64,000 nucleotides of DNA from positions 582-64,581 of the forward strand of contig DAISYX010000001.1 of NCBI GenBank assembly GCA_036825095.1, written 5' to 3'. Below are positions 28,139-41,557 of this stretch, piece after piece. Positions within the stretch are counted from its first letter, which is position 1; each line of letters begins with the position of its first letter. The translations under genes and the position numbers were made by a program. Source of the DNA: Clostridia bacterium. Its GTDB lineage: Bacteria; Bacillota; Clostridia; Christensenellales; Aristaeellaceae. The notes beneath the pieces are model-generated. The model did not search any database, was not told the origin of the DNA, and saw only the letters and a list, made by a program, of their open reading frames with translations.

Positions 28139-29122
28139 TTGAAGCGGCGCAGACGCATCAGCTATGCGAAGTACGGCTATATCTTCAGCATTCCCTTTGT
28201 GCTGACCTTTCTGATTTTTTCGCTGTATCCCACGCTGTACACGGCGTTCATCGGTTTTACGGACTTAAAGGGTCTGCTGAAGACCAGCTTTTCCGTTCTG
28301 GAGGACCCCTTTCAAAACTTCAGGCTGATTTTAAACAATGCCTCCTTTAAGCTGTCCCTGGCCAACACGCTGAAGATCTGGGTGATGAACTTCATCCCTC
28401 AAATCCTGCTGGCCCTGCTGTTAACCGCCTGGTTCACCTCAAACCACAACAAAATCAAGGGCCAGGGTTTATTCAAGGTGGTCTTCTACCTGCCCAACAT
28501 CATCACGGCGGCCACCATCGCCATCCTTTTTAATGTGCTCTTTGGTTATCCCATGGGCCCGATCAACGACATCCTGGTGAAAATCGGCGCCCTGTCGCAG
28601 CCCTATTATTTTCTGACGGACAAGACGGCCTCGCAGGTGATTGTCGCCTTCATCCAGTTCTGGATGTGGTATGGCTACACCATGATTATCCTGATCTCAG
28701 GGGTTTTGGGCATCAACCCGGAGATTTTTGAGGCGGCGGACATCGACGGCGCCAATGACGTGCAGACCTTTTTCCTGATCACCCTGCCAAACCTGAGAAC
28801 CATCCTGCTGTTTGTGCTGATCACCAGCATGATCGGCGGCCTTAATATGTTTGACATTCCCAGGCTGTTCAACCTGGGTCAGCCGGGGAACGCCACCCTG
28901 ACCACCAGCCTGTTTATCTACAACCAGGCCTTCAGCGGCAGTTATCTTTATAACCGCGCGGCTGCGGCCAGCATGATTGTGTTTGCGATCATCGTGGTGT
29001 TCTCCCTCCTCATTTTCCTCCTGATGCGGGACAAAAACCTGGCCCGTGAGAAAAAAGAGGCCCGCCAGCTGGCCCGGCAGCTCAAACAAGGGGATTTCCT
29101 CAAGAAGGGAGGCGGCCAATGA
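28139..29122 (+). CDS. Sugar ABC transporter permease
   Basis: EAADIDGANDVQTFFLITLP loop. TTG start 7 nt after AAGGAG. Confidence 0.85.
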   Translation: MKRRRRISYAKYGYIFSIPFVLTFLIFSLYPTLYTAFIGFTDLKGLLKTSFSVLEDPFQNFRLILNNASFKLSLANTLKIWVMNFIPQILLALLLTAWFTSNHNKIKGQGLFKVVFYLPNIITAATIAILFNVLFGYPMGPINDILVKIGALSQPYYFLTDKTASQVIVAFIQFWMWYGYTMIILISGVLGINPEIFEAADIDGANDVQTFFLITLPNLRTILLFVLITSMIGGLNMFDIPRLFNLGQPGNATLTTSLFIYNQAFSGSYLYNRAAAASMIVFAIIVVFSLLIFLLMRDKNLAREKKEARQLARQLKQGDFLKKGGGQ

Positions 29123-29967
29123 AGCGCAGCAACTCCGTGGGCCGCAGCGCCTTTCGCCTGTTTATCTATGCGTTCTGCGTTTTTCTGGCGATGATGAGCC
29201 TGTTTCCCTTTGTGGTGATGTTTGTCAACGCCACCCGCAGCACCTTTGAAATCCAGCAAAGCGGCGTTTCCCTGATCCCTTCCCGCTTTCTGGCCAGCAA
29301 CTACGCCATCCTCACCGGCAAAACCTTTGACCCCTTTGTGGGCTTTTACAACTCCGTGATTATCTCCACCGGGGCCACCGCCCTGGCGATCTACTTTTCC
29401 ACCCTGACGGCCTATGCCCTGGTGGCCTATTCCTGGAAGATGCGCCAGGCCTTCTTCACCGTGATTTTAGCGGTGATGATGATCCCCGCCCAGGTGACCA
29501 GCATCGGCTTTTATCAGTTCATGTACCGCATCGGAATGACCAACAACCTCCTGGCGCTGATTCTGCCCGCCATCGCCTCCCCGGCCACGGTGTTTTTCAT
29601 GCGGCAGTACATGCTGGGCTCCCTGCATCTGGAGCTGGTGGACTCCGCCCGCATCGATGGTTCGGGGGAATTCAGCACCTTTAACCGCATCATCCTGCCC
29701 ATCATGAAGCCGGCCATGGCCACCCAGGCCATCTTCATCTTTGTGGGCAGCTGGAACAACCTCTTTTTGCCGATGATTCTTCTGACCAACAAGGATAAGT
29801 ACACCCTGCCCATCATGGTCAGCCTCTTAAGGGGGGACATCTACCGCACGGAATACGGGGCGGTGTACCTGGGCCTGGTGCTGACGGTGCTGCCGCTGTT
29901 TGTCATCTACTTTCTGCTGTCCAAGTACATCATCGCGGGTGTGGCGCTGGGCGCTGTGAAGGGCTGA
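29119..29967 (+). CDS. Sugar ABC transporter permease
   Basis: DSARIDGSGEFSTFNRIILP loop. ATGA overlap with the upstream gene. Confidence 0.85.
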   Translation: MKRSNSVGRSAFRLFIYAFCVFLAMMSLFPFVVMFVNATRSTFEIQQSGVSLIPSRFLASNYAILTGKTFDPFVGFYNSVIISTGATALAIYFSTLTAYALVAYSWKMRQAFFTVILAVMMIPAQVTSIGFYQFMYRIGMTNNLLALILPAIASPATVFFMRQYMLGSLHLELVDSARIDGSGEFSTFNRIILPIMKPAMATQAIFIFVGSWNNLFLPMILLTNKDKYTLPIMVSLLRGDIYRTEYGAVYLGLVLTVLPLFVIYFLLSKYIIAGVALGAVKG

Positions 29968-29995
29968 GCCAATCCCGCGTTTTAAGGAGAAGGCA

Positions 29996-32089
29996 ATGCC
30001 ACGACACGAAGCCGGACAGAAAGCCCGGGAGCTGGTGGGGCGGATGACCCTGGAGGAGGCCGCCTCCCAGCTGCGCTATGACGCCCCTGCTATCCCCCGG
30101 CTGGGGATTCCCGCTTATAACTGGTGGAACGAGGGCCTCCACGGCGTGGCCCGGGCGGGGACAGCCACCAGCTTTCCCCAGGCCATCGGGATGGCCGCCT
30201 GCTTTGACCCGGGGCTCACCCAGGCGATGGGGGAGATCGTGGCCACCGAAGGCCGGGCCAAATACAATGCCGCAGCCAGACAAAATGACCGGGACATCTA
30301 TAAGGGCCTGACCTTCTGGTCGCCCAATGTGAACATCTTCCGGGATCCCCGCTGGGGCCGGGGCCAGGAGACCTATGGGGAGGACCCCTATTTAAGCAGC
30401 GCCCTTGGCATCAGCTTTGTACAGGGCCTCCAGGGCCAGGGCGGGACGATGAAGGCCGCCGCCTGCGCCAAGCACTATGCGGCCCATTCCGGGCCGGAGG
30501 CGCTGCGGCATGAGTTTGACGCCACGGTCAGCCCCAGGGACCTGGCGGAAACCTACCTCCCCGCTTTTAAGGCCCTGGTCACTGAGGCCGGGGTGGAGGC
30601 GGTGATGGGGGCCTATAACCGTTTAAACGGCGAGCCCTGCTGCGGAAGCCCCAGGCTGATTCAGGGGATTCTGCGGGAGGAATGGGGCTTTGAGGGGCAT
30701 TTTGTCTCCGACTGCTGGGCCATCCGGGATTTTCATGAACACCACAAGGTGACCAGCACCCTTCCGGAGTCCGCCGCCATGGCGCTTCTGGCAGGCTGCG
30801 ACTTAAACTGCGGCAACACCTACCTCCACCTGCTCATCGCCCATCAGGAGGGCCTGATCACGGAGGAGGACATCAAAACGGCTGCCATCCGGCTGTATAC
30901 CACCCGGTTTTTGCTGGGCTTGTTTGAGGGTTCGGAGCATGACGGCATTCCTTTGACCGTGGTGGCCTGTGACCGGCACCTGAAAACAGCGGAGGAGGCC
31001 AGCAGGCGCAGCTGTGTGCTGCTGAAAAACGACGGCCTTCTGCCCTTTGACGCCGGGAAGCTGCGCACCCTGGCGGTGATTGGCCCCAACGCCAACAGCC
31101 GTCAGGCGCTTATTGGCAACTACCACGGCACCTCTTCCCGCTATATCACGGTGCTGGAGGGCCTGCAGGACGCCTTGCCGGAGGAGGTGCGGGTGCTTTA
31201 CGCCCAGGGCTGTCACCTGTGGCAGGACCGGGAGGAAAAGCTGGCCCTGCCGGATGACCGGATTTCAGAGGCCGTGGCCGTGGCGGAAGCGGCGGACGCG
31301 GTGGTCCTGGTGGTGGGCCTGGACGAAACACTGGAAGGGGAAGAGGGGGACACCGGCAACGCGGATGCCTCCGGCGACAAGGCGGACCTGCTGCTTCCCC
31401 TTTCTCAGCGCCGGCTGATGGAGGCGGTGCTTGATACCAACAAGCCCACCGTGATCTGCCTGATGGCGGGCAGCGCCATTGACCTTGAGGCCGCGGGGGA
31501 GCGGGCCAATGCGCTGCTTCTCGCCTGGTATCCCGGCGCCCGGGGCGGCAAGGCGGTGGCGGACATCCTGCTGGGCCGGGTCTCCCCTTCGGGCAAGCTG
31601 CCCATTACCTTTTATCACAACAGCCAGTTGGCGCGCCTGCCGGATTTTGAGGACTACAGCATGGCGTCCCGCACCTACCGCTACCTGAAAGAGGCGCCCC
31701 TGTACCCCTTTGGCTATGGCTTGACCTTTGGGGATATCCGGGTGAAGGAAGCCGCTGTTTGGCCTGATGAAAAGGGCTACCTCATCCGGGCGGAGCTGGA
31801 AAACCGCGCCCTAAGGGACACGGAGGACGTGGTGCAGGTGTACTGTGAGCAAAAGGGGGATCCCAACGCCCCCCTCAACCCGCGGCTGTGCGCCTTTAAG
31901 CGGGTTGACCTAAAGGGCGGGGAGACGGCCAGCGTCACCCTGCAGGTGGACCAGCAGCGCCTTGTTGTTTACGACCAGGCGGGACAGGCGCTCATGGGGC
32001 AAAAACCCGTATTTTACGTGGGACTGGGCCAGCCGGATCAAAGAACCTGGGCCTTAACCGGCAAAAAAAGCATCCGCCTGACCGTCTGA
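29996..32089 (+). CDS. Glycoside hydrolase family 3 (beta-glucosidase/beta-xylosidase-like)
   Basis: YNWWNEGLHGV, RDPRWGRGQETYGEDP and VSDC motifs, plus a C-terminal GH3 sandwich and Fn3-like region. Confidence 0.85.
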   Translation: MPRHEAGQKARELVGRMTLEEAASQLRYDAPAIPRLGIPAYNWWNEGLHGVARAGTATSFPQAIGMAACFDPGLTQAMGEIVATEGRAKYNAAARQNDRDIYKGLTFWSPNVNIFRDPRWGRGQETYGEDPYLSSALGISFVQGLQGQGGTMKAAACAKHYAAHSGPEALRHEFDATVSPRDLAETYLPAFKALVTEAGVEAVMGAYNRLNGEPCCGSPRLIQGILREEWGFEGHFVSDCWAIRDFHEHHKVTSTLPESAAMALLAGCDLNCGNTYLHLLIAHQEGLITEEDIKTAAIRLYTTRFLLGLFEGSEHDGIPLTVVACDRHLKTAEEASRRSCVLLKNDGLLPFDAGKLRTLAVIGPNANSRQALIGNYHGTSSRYITVLEGLQDALPEEVRVLYAQGCHLWQDREEKLALPDDRISEAVAVAEAADAVVLVVGLDETLEGEEGDTGNADASGDKADLLLPLSQRRLMEAVLDTNKPTVICLMAGSAIDLEAAGERANALLLAWYPGARGGKAVADILLGRVSPSGKLPITFYHNSQLARLPDFEDYSMASRTYRYLKEAPLYPFGYGLTFGDIRVKEAAVWPDEKGYLIRAELENRALRDTEDVVQVYCEQKGDPNAPLNPRLCAFKRVDLKGGETASVTLQVDQQRLVVYDQAGQALMGQKPVFYVGLGQPDQRTWALTGKKSIRLTV

Positions 32090-32125
32090 CAGGCGGATGG
32101 GGTGAGCGGATAAGAGAAGCGCCCT

Positions 32126-32151
32126 CAGCGCCGGAAGATCTTCCGGCGCTG
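32126..32151. terminator. Perfect 26-bp palindrome between convergent genes; bidirectional terminator
   Basis: CAGCGCCGGAAGA|TCTTCCGGCGCTG. Confidence 0.7.
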
Positions 32152-32152
32152 A

Positions 32153-32926
32153 TTAATTGCCGCACTCCACGCTGATCTCGTTAAACAGGCCCAGCACCCT
32201 TTCCAGGCGCAGCTGTTCCTTATCCTCCCCGCTTTCATCCAGCACCACCCGGCCCTGGTGCATCATGATGAGGCGGTTGCCATGCTCCAGGGCGTAGCGC
32301 AGGTTGTGGGTGACCATGATGGCGGTGATGCCCTTTTCTTTGATGATGCTGTCAGTCAGCGCCATGATGGTGTCCGCGGTCTTGGGGTCAAGGGCCGCGG
32401 TATGCTCGTCTAAGATCAGGCAGGTGATGGGGGTCATCACCGCCATGATCAGGGCCAGGGCTTGGCGCTGGCCGCCGGACAGGGTGCCCGCCCGGGCCTC
32501 CAGCATATTTTCAAGCCCCAGGCCCAGAGGGGCCAGCATCGCCCGGTAGCGCTCCACCTGTTTTCTGTCAATAGCGGGCAGCAGGTTCATCCGCTTTTGT
32601 TTGCTGTCAGACAGGGCCAGGTTTTCCAGGATGCTCATCTGGGCGCAGCTGCCCAGGCCCGGGTTTTGGTGGATGCGGCCGATTTTGCGCGCGCGCAGGT
32701 GTTCGCTTTGGGCGGTGATGTCCTTTCCCGCCATGATGACCCGCCCCTGATCCGGCGGGAGGCTTCCGCAGAGCAGGTTGAGCATGGTGGTTTTGCCGGA
32801 GCCGTTTGAGCCCACCACGCTTAAGTACTGCCCCTGGGGCACGGTGAGGGAAAAATCCTGAAACAGGCCCATCTGCCTGACGGTGCCCGGGTTGTAGGTG
32901 AGGTGGATATGCTCAAGGGCCAGCAT
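32153..32926 (-). CDS. ABC transporter ATP-binding protein of the T-box-controlled importer
   Basis: Walker A GSNGSGKTT, signature LSGGQRQ, Walker B LILDEHT. Confidence 0.85.
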   Translation of the reverse strand: MLALEHIHLTYNPGTVRQMGLFQDFSLTVPQGQYLSVVGSNGSGKTTMLNLLCGSLPPDQGRVIMAGKDITAQSEHLRARKIGRIHQNPGLGSCAQMSILENLALSDSKQKRMNLLPAIDRKQVERYRAMLAPLGLGLENMLEARAGTLSGGQRQALALIMAVMTPITCLILDEHTAALDPKTADTIMALTDSIIKEKGITAIMVTHNLRYALEHGNRLIMMHQGRVVLDESGEDKEQLRLERVLGLFNEISVECGN

Positions 32927-33824
32927 GTTTTTTGCCTCCTTTGGGGAAGAGCCCCGCCGCCAAGATCACCAGGAACAGGAGGGATGTGATCAGCTTCAGG
33001 TCCCCCGGCTTAAGCCCGCAGGCAATGGCGAAGGTGACGCTGATTTTGTAGAGCACCGCCCCGATGATCACTTTGAGGGTGGTGCTGATTTTATCCAGTT
33101 TGCCCAGCAGGTTGACCCCCAGGATCACGGAGGCCAGGGAGAGCACCATGGACCCTGTGCCCATGGAGATCTCAAACATGCGCTGCTCCTGGGCCACAAT
33201 GCCCCCGGAGAGGGCCACCAGGGCGTTGGCGATCATCAGGCCCATGATCTTCACCTGGCCCTTGTCCCGGGCCAGGGCGGTCACCACCTGGGGGTTGTCC
33301 CCCGCGGCCCTTAGCAGAAAGCCGGCCCGGGTCTTGAAGAAAAGGTCCAAAAGGGCCTTTACCACAAGGGCGATCACCAGGGCGATGATCAGGGTGCCAA
33401 AGCCCCGGGGCAGGGCGTCTGCCACCGGGTTGTTGCGAAAAAGGGTGAGGCTGGTGCGGGGCAGGGGCAGCAGCGCGCTGTCCCCCGCCAGGCGCAGGTT
33501 GATGGAGTACAGGGCGGTCATCACGATGATGCCGGAAAACAGGTCCCGCACCTTGAGCTTCACATGGATAAGCCCGGTGACCAGCCCCGCCAGGGCGCCG
33601 GCTGCGGCTGAGGCCAGCATGGCCGCCACAGGGTTTGCGCCGCCCATGATCAGCCGCACGCTCACCACCGCCCCCAAGGGGAAGGAGCCGTCCACCGTCA
33701 GATCCGGAAAGTCCAATACCAGGTAGGTGATCATGACGCCCAGGGCCATCACCGCATAGAGCAGGCCCTGCTCTATGGCGCTGGGCAGGGCTGCTGTAAA
33801 GGAGGAAAGAATCTGCATGCTCAC
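32913..33824 (-). CDS. ABC transporter permease of the T-box-controlled importer
   Basis: Polytopic membrane protein that overlaps both neighbouring genes. Confidence 0.8.
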   Translation of the reverse strand: MSMQILSSFTAALPSAIEQGLLYAVMALGVMITYLVLDFPDLTVDGSFPLGAVVSVRLIMGGANPVAAMLASAAAGALAGLVTGLIHVKLKVRDLFSGIIVMTALYSINLRLAGDSALLPLPRTSLTLFRNNPVADALPRGFGTLIIALVIALVVKALLDLFFKTRAGFLLRAAGDNPQVVTALARDKGQVKIMGLMIANALVALSGGIVAQEQRMFEISMGTGSMVLSLASVILGVNLLGKLDKISTTLKVIIGAVLYKISVTFAIACGLKPGDLKLITSLLFLVILAAGLFPKGGKKHAGP

Positions 33825-34789
33825 CTGCCGCTGGCGTCGATGAGCTGGCCTGAGAGCGCCTCGGGGATGGTGAGGCCAAGGTCTTTGAGCACCTGGGGGT
33901 TATAGTAGAGCGCGGCGTCCTCCACCTGGACAAAGGGGATGCTGTCCGCAGTCTCGCCGTTTAGCACCCGGGCGGCCAAAAGGCCGGTCTGATGCCCCAG
34001 GGCCACATAGTCGATGCCGGCGGTGGCGGCGGCGCCTTTTGATACCTGCTCAATCTCGCTGCCATACACCGGGATGCCGGCGTCCTCCGCCGCGTCCAGC
34101 ACCAGATCCAGGTATTGCACCACGGTGTTGTCAAGCAGCATGCTCAGGCAATCCGCCTGGGAGACAAGGCTCGGCAGCGCCAGGGCGATTTCAGAGCCCG
34201 CGCTCACCGTAACCTCCACGATTTCAAAGCCATATTCCGGCGCGAGTTCTTTGTATTGCCGGGCCAGCACCTGGGAGTTTACCTCCCCCACGGTGTAGAG
34301 CAGGCCGATTTTCCTGGCCTCCGGCTGCAGCGCCCGGATCAGCTCCAGCTGGCGGGCGATGGGCGGCTGGTCGCTGGTGCCGGTGACGTTCAGATTGGAG
34401 CGCCCGGCTTCATCCGCCAGCCCCGCCTCAAAGGGGGAGGTGACGGCGGCGTAGATCACGGGGATTTCACCGTCCGCGGTGTTGGCGCTGACCACCGCCA
34501 TGGGGGTGGCGATGGCGCAGATCAGGTTAAAGCGGTTGTCCACAAAGGCGGAGGCGATGGCACTGGCCATGCCCATGTCCGCCTGGGCGTTTTGCACCTC
34601 CACGGTGATGTTCTCCCCGTCCACATAGCCCCCTTCGGCCAGACCCAAAAGGAAGCCCTCCCGCACATTGTCCAGCGAGCCGTGCACCGCGAACTGGGCG
34701 ATGCCGATCCGCAGGGTTTCAGCGGAAGCGCAGAGGCTGATCAGGGGCAGGATCAGGGCCAGAATCAGGATGATGCGAAGTTTCTTCAT
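33821..34789 (-). CDS. ABC transporter substrate-binding protein (ABC_sub_bind / COG2984-like type)
   Basis: Signal peptide MKKLRIILILALILPLISLCASA, then LRIGIAQFAVHGSLD, typical of this binding-protein type. ATG 34789 follows AAGGAGA. Confidence 0.75.
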   Translation of the reverse strand: MKKLRIILILALILPLISLCASAETLRIGIAQFAVHGSLDNVREGFLLGLAEGGYVDGENITVEVQNAQADMGMASAIASAFVDNRFNLICAIATPMAVVSANTADGEIPVIYAAVTSPFEAGLADEAGRSNLNVTGTSDQPPIARQLELIRALQPEARKIGLLYTVGEVNSQVLARQYKELAPEYGFEIVEVTVSAGSEIALALPSLVSQADCLSMLLDNTVVQYLDLVLDAAEDAGIPVYGSEIEQVSKGAAATAGIDYVALGHQTGLLAARVLNGETADSIPFVQVEDAALYYNPQVLKDLGLTIPEALSGQLIDASGR

Positions 34790-34842
34790 GGTTTCAGGTC
34801 TCCTTTTTCTTTTTATGGCTGTCGGAGCCCATGCCTTGCGAT

Positions 34843-35102
34843 ATAAAAACGCCTCAAACAATGTTGCTTGAGGCGATTATACCGCGGTACCACTCAAATT
34901 GGCTGTGAAGCCGTCTTGTTCCATGCGCCGACACACATGCCGCCTTGATAACGGGCGCGGTTCCCGTCTGCTTCTACTGGGTTTCCCGTTTGAAGCAACC
35001 CTCGGAAGGCCATTCACCGGACGCTCTCATGCCGCATTCCCACCTCTGGCGGCTCTCTTTGTTTCAAGCGCTTCCGCTTACTCGTCTTCCTCAGCGGTTT
35101 AT
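34843..35102 (-). promoter_or_regulatory. T-box riboswitch leader, probable tryptophan (UGG) specifier
   Basis: On the minus strand: T-box core AATTTGAGTGGTACCGCGG (plus-strand 34881-34900). Terminator CGCCTCAA...TTGAGGCG at 34850-34875 plus a U-run. Stem I carries AGUA, AGAGA and GGUGGGAA elements and a specifier context GAA-UGG-C-CUUCCGAG (UGG at 35010-35012). Confidence 0.8.
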
Positions 35103-35108
35103 GCGCAC

Positions 35109-35137
35109 ATCCTACCACAGACGGGCCGGGCTGTCAA
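35109..35137 (-). promoter_or_regulatory. Promoter TTGACA-17 nt-TAGGAT driving the T-box leader
   Basis: The minus strand reads cTTGACAgcccggcccgtctgtggTAGGATg. Confidence 0.55.
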
Positions 35138-35287
35138 AAGGGGCGGGCTGCATTTTTCCTGTTTATTCCGGGGCCATTGAGGCTGGAAAATCCCCCTTTA
35201 TCCTTTACCAAATTATACAAAAGGGCAGATCCACCCCAAAGCCTGTAAAATATGGGGTTTATCGATATATGAGAGCCTGGTTTGCCC

Positions 35288-35316
35288 TTTTAATTCTTAC
35301 CAAAACATGCTATAAT
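35288..35316 (+). promoter_or_regulatory. Candidate gyrB promoter with extended -10 (TGcTATAAT)
   Basis: TGCTATAAT at 35308-35316 with a weak -35 (TTTTAA). A leader hairpin GCGCTGTCC/GGACAGCG follows. Confidence 0.45.
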
Positions 35317-35378
35317 TAAGGTGCCGGAAAAGGCGCTGTCCGCGCTTTTGGACAGCGGTAAATGATATTGTGAGGTAA

Positions 35379-37355
<1,977 letters not shown>

Positions 37356-37377
37356 TACATAAAAGACAGGACAGAAG

Positions 37378-39909
<2,532 letters not shown>

Positions 39910-39920
39910 GTTAAGAGGAT

Positions 39921-39954
39921 GGGAGAAGCGCCCCAGGCAAGCGGCGCTTCTCCC
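39921..39954 (+). terminator. Hairpin terminator after gyrA
   Basis: 12-bp stem GGGAGAAGCGCC / GGCGCTTCTCCC. The downstream T-tract is interrupted. Confidence 0.55.
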
Positions 39955-39978
39955 TCTGTGTTTTCCGGAGGCTTTTTT

Positions 39979-41556
39979 ATGACCTCCCGCCAGCGTTCCC
40001 TTGTCGGGGGGATCTCCATCCTGGGCCTGGCGGGGCTGATCTGCAAGGTGGTGGGGGTGCTTTACCGCATCCCCCTGGCCAACCTCATCGGGCCCCCGGG
40101 GATGGGGGTGTACAACCAGGTTTTCCCCACCTATAACCTGATGCTGGCGGTGTCCTCCGCGGGCATCCCGGTGGCTATCTCCCGCATGGTGGCGGGCAGC
40201 CTGGCCCACGGGCAGGCGAATAACGCCCGGCGCACCTTCCGCATCGCCCTGGTGATGCTAAGCGCGCTGGGGCTTATCAGCATGCTGCTGATGATGCTCA
40301 CAAGCGGCCGTCTGGCCCAGGGCACAGGCACGGAGGAATCCCGGGCCGGGTTTATGATGATAGCGCCCAGCCTGTTTTTTGTCTGCGCCATGAGCGCCTT
40401 TCGGGGCTATATGCAGGGGCAGCGGCGCATGTGGCCTACCGCTATCAGCCAGTTAATCGAGCAGGTGGGCAAGGTGGGGATCGCGCTGCCCCTGGCCTTT
40501 ATCGGCATGGAGCGGGGCGGCTTTGTGCTGGGGGCCAGCGGAGCGCTTCTTGGCACCACCATCGCGGAAGGGGCGGCCCTTCTTTACATGATGGGGGACT
40601 ATCTGGTGAAAAAGCCGGGGATAAGCCAGGCGGCGGCCCTGGACCAGACGCCGCCCGCCCCCGCCCGGGCCATCGCCCGGGAGCTGGTGGTGACCGCCAT
40701 CCCCATCACCATTGGCGCCAGCATCGTGCCCCTGGCAGGGGCGGTGGACAGCTTTATGCTGGTGCGCCAGATGAAGGCCTACCTTCCGGAACTGGAGGCG
40801 CTGTCCCGCTATGGCATCTATGGCCTGGTGCTTTCGCTGATCAATGTGCCCACGGCGCTTGCCATGGCCATGTCCTCCAACCTGGTGCCCGCCATCTCGG
40901 AGAAAAAGGCGCGCCGGGATCAGGAGGGCGTGCGGCGGGATGCCGCCACGGGCATCCGCATGGCCATGGTGGTGGGGCTGCCCAGCTCCGTGGGGATGAG
41001 CCTGATGGCCCATCCCATCCTCACCCTGCTGTTTAGCCGGGAATACACCCCGGAGCAGCTGCGCTTGGGGGCTGATCTTTTGCAGATCAGCTCCCTGACC
41101 ATCGTGGTCTTTACCCTGGTGCAGGCCACCAGCGGGATTTTGCAGGGGCTGCGCCGCCAGCGCATTCCCATGTACACCCTGGCGGCGGGGATTGTGGTGA
41201 AAATCGCCATCAACTATACGGCGGTGAACCGGCCGGAGATCAACATCGGCGGCGCGCCCTACGCCTCCCTGGCCTGCTATGCCCTAAGCGGCGGGCTGAA
41301 CCTTTACCATGTGCTGAAAAACACGGGGCTTAAGTGGTCCTGGCGGGATGCGGTGATCAGGCCCGCGCTGGCCACCCTGATCATGGCGCTGCCGGTGGCG
41401 GCGGTCCGCGCCCTGTGGGGGGAGGCCATCGGGCGCAGCTGGCCCCTGATGGGGCTGTTTCTGGCAGGGGCGGTGGCGCTGTATGGCGCTGCGGCGCTGA
41501 AAACAGGGGCGATCCGGCCTGACGAGCTGCCGGGCAGGCCCCGGGGGAGGGAATAA
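39979..41556 (+). CDS. MOP-superfamily polysaccharide/lipid II flippase-like protein (YabM / SpoVB / MurJ-like)
   Basis: Polytopic protein of about 14 TM segments beginning GGISILGLAGLICKVVGVLYRIPLANLIG. Its position before a yabN homologue mirrors B. subtilis yabM. Confidence 0.75.
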   Translation: MTSRQRSLVGGISILGLAGLICKVVGVLYRIPLANLIGPPGMGVYNQVFPTYNLMLAVSSAGIPVAISRMVAGSLAHGQANNARRTFRIALVMLSALGLISMLLMMLTSGRLAQGTGTEESRAGFMMIAPSLFFVCAMSAFRGYMQGQRRMWPTAISQLIEQVGKVGIALPLAFIGMERGGFVLGASGALLGTTIAEGAALLYMMGDYLVKKPGISQAAALDQTPPAPARAIARELVVTAIPITIGASIVPLAGAVDSFMLVRQMKAYLPELEALSRYGIYGLVLSLINVPTALAMAMSSNLVPAISEKKARRDQEGVRRDAATGIRMAMVVGLPSSVGMSLMAHPILTLLFSREYTPEQLRLGADLLQISSLTIVVFTLVQATSGILQGLRRQRIPMYTLAAGIVVKIAINYTAVNRPEINIGGAPYASLACYALSGGLNLYHVLKNTGLKWSWRDAVIRPALATLIMALPVAAVRALWGEAIGRSWPLMGLFLAGAVALYGAAALKTGAIRPDELPGRPRGRE

Positions 41557-41557
41557 G

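Noticed and set aside
26764-28158. A 464-aa ORF antisense to the sugar-binding-protein gene. Similar long shadow ORFs occur at 12131..13231(-), 51180..52337(-), 46504..47469(+), 37312..38220(-), 10407..11270(-), 19333..20100(+) and 33172..33933(-).
   Set aside because: Each lies entirely opposite a gene with clear family motifs. Their translations are Arg/Gly/Pro/His-rich low-complexity sequence with no motifs or RBS. This is the expected stop-codon-poor antisense frame in a high-GC genome.
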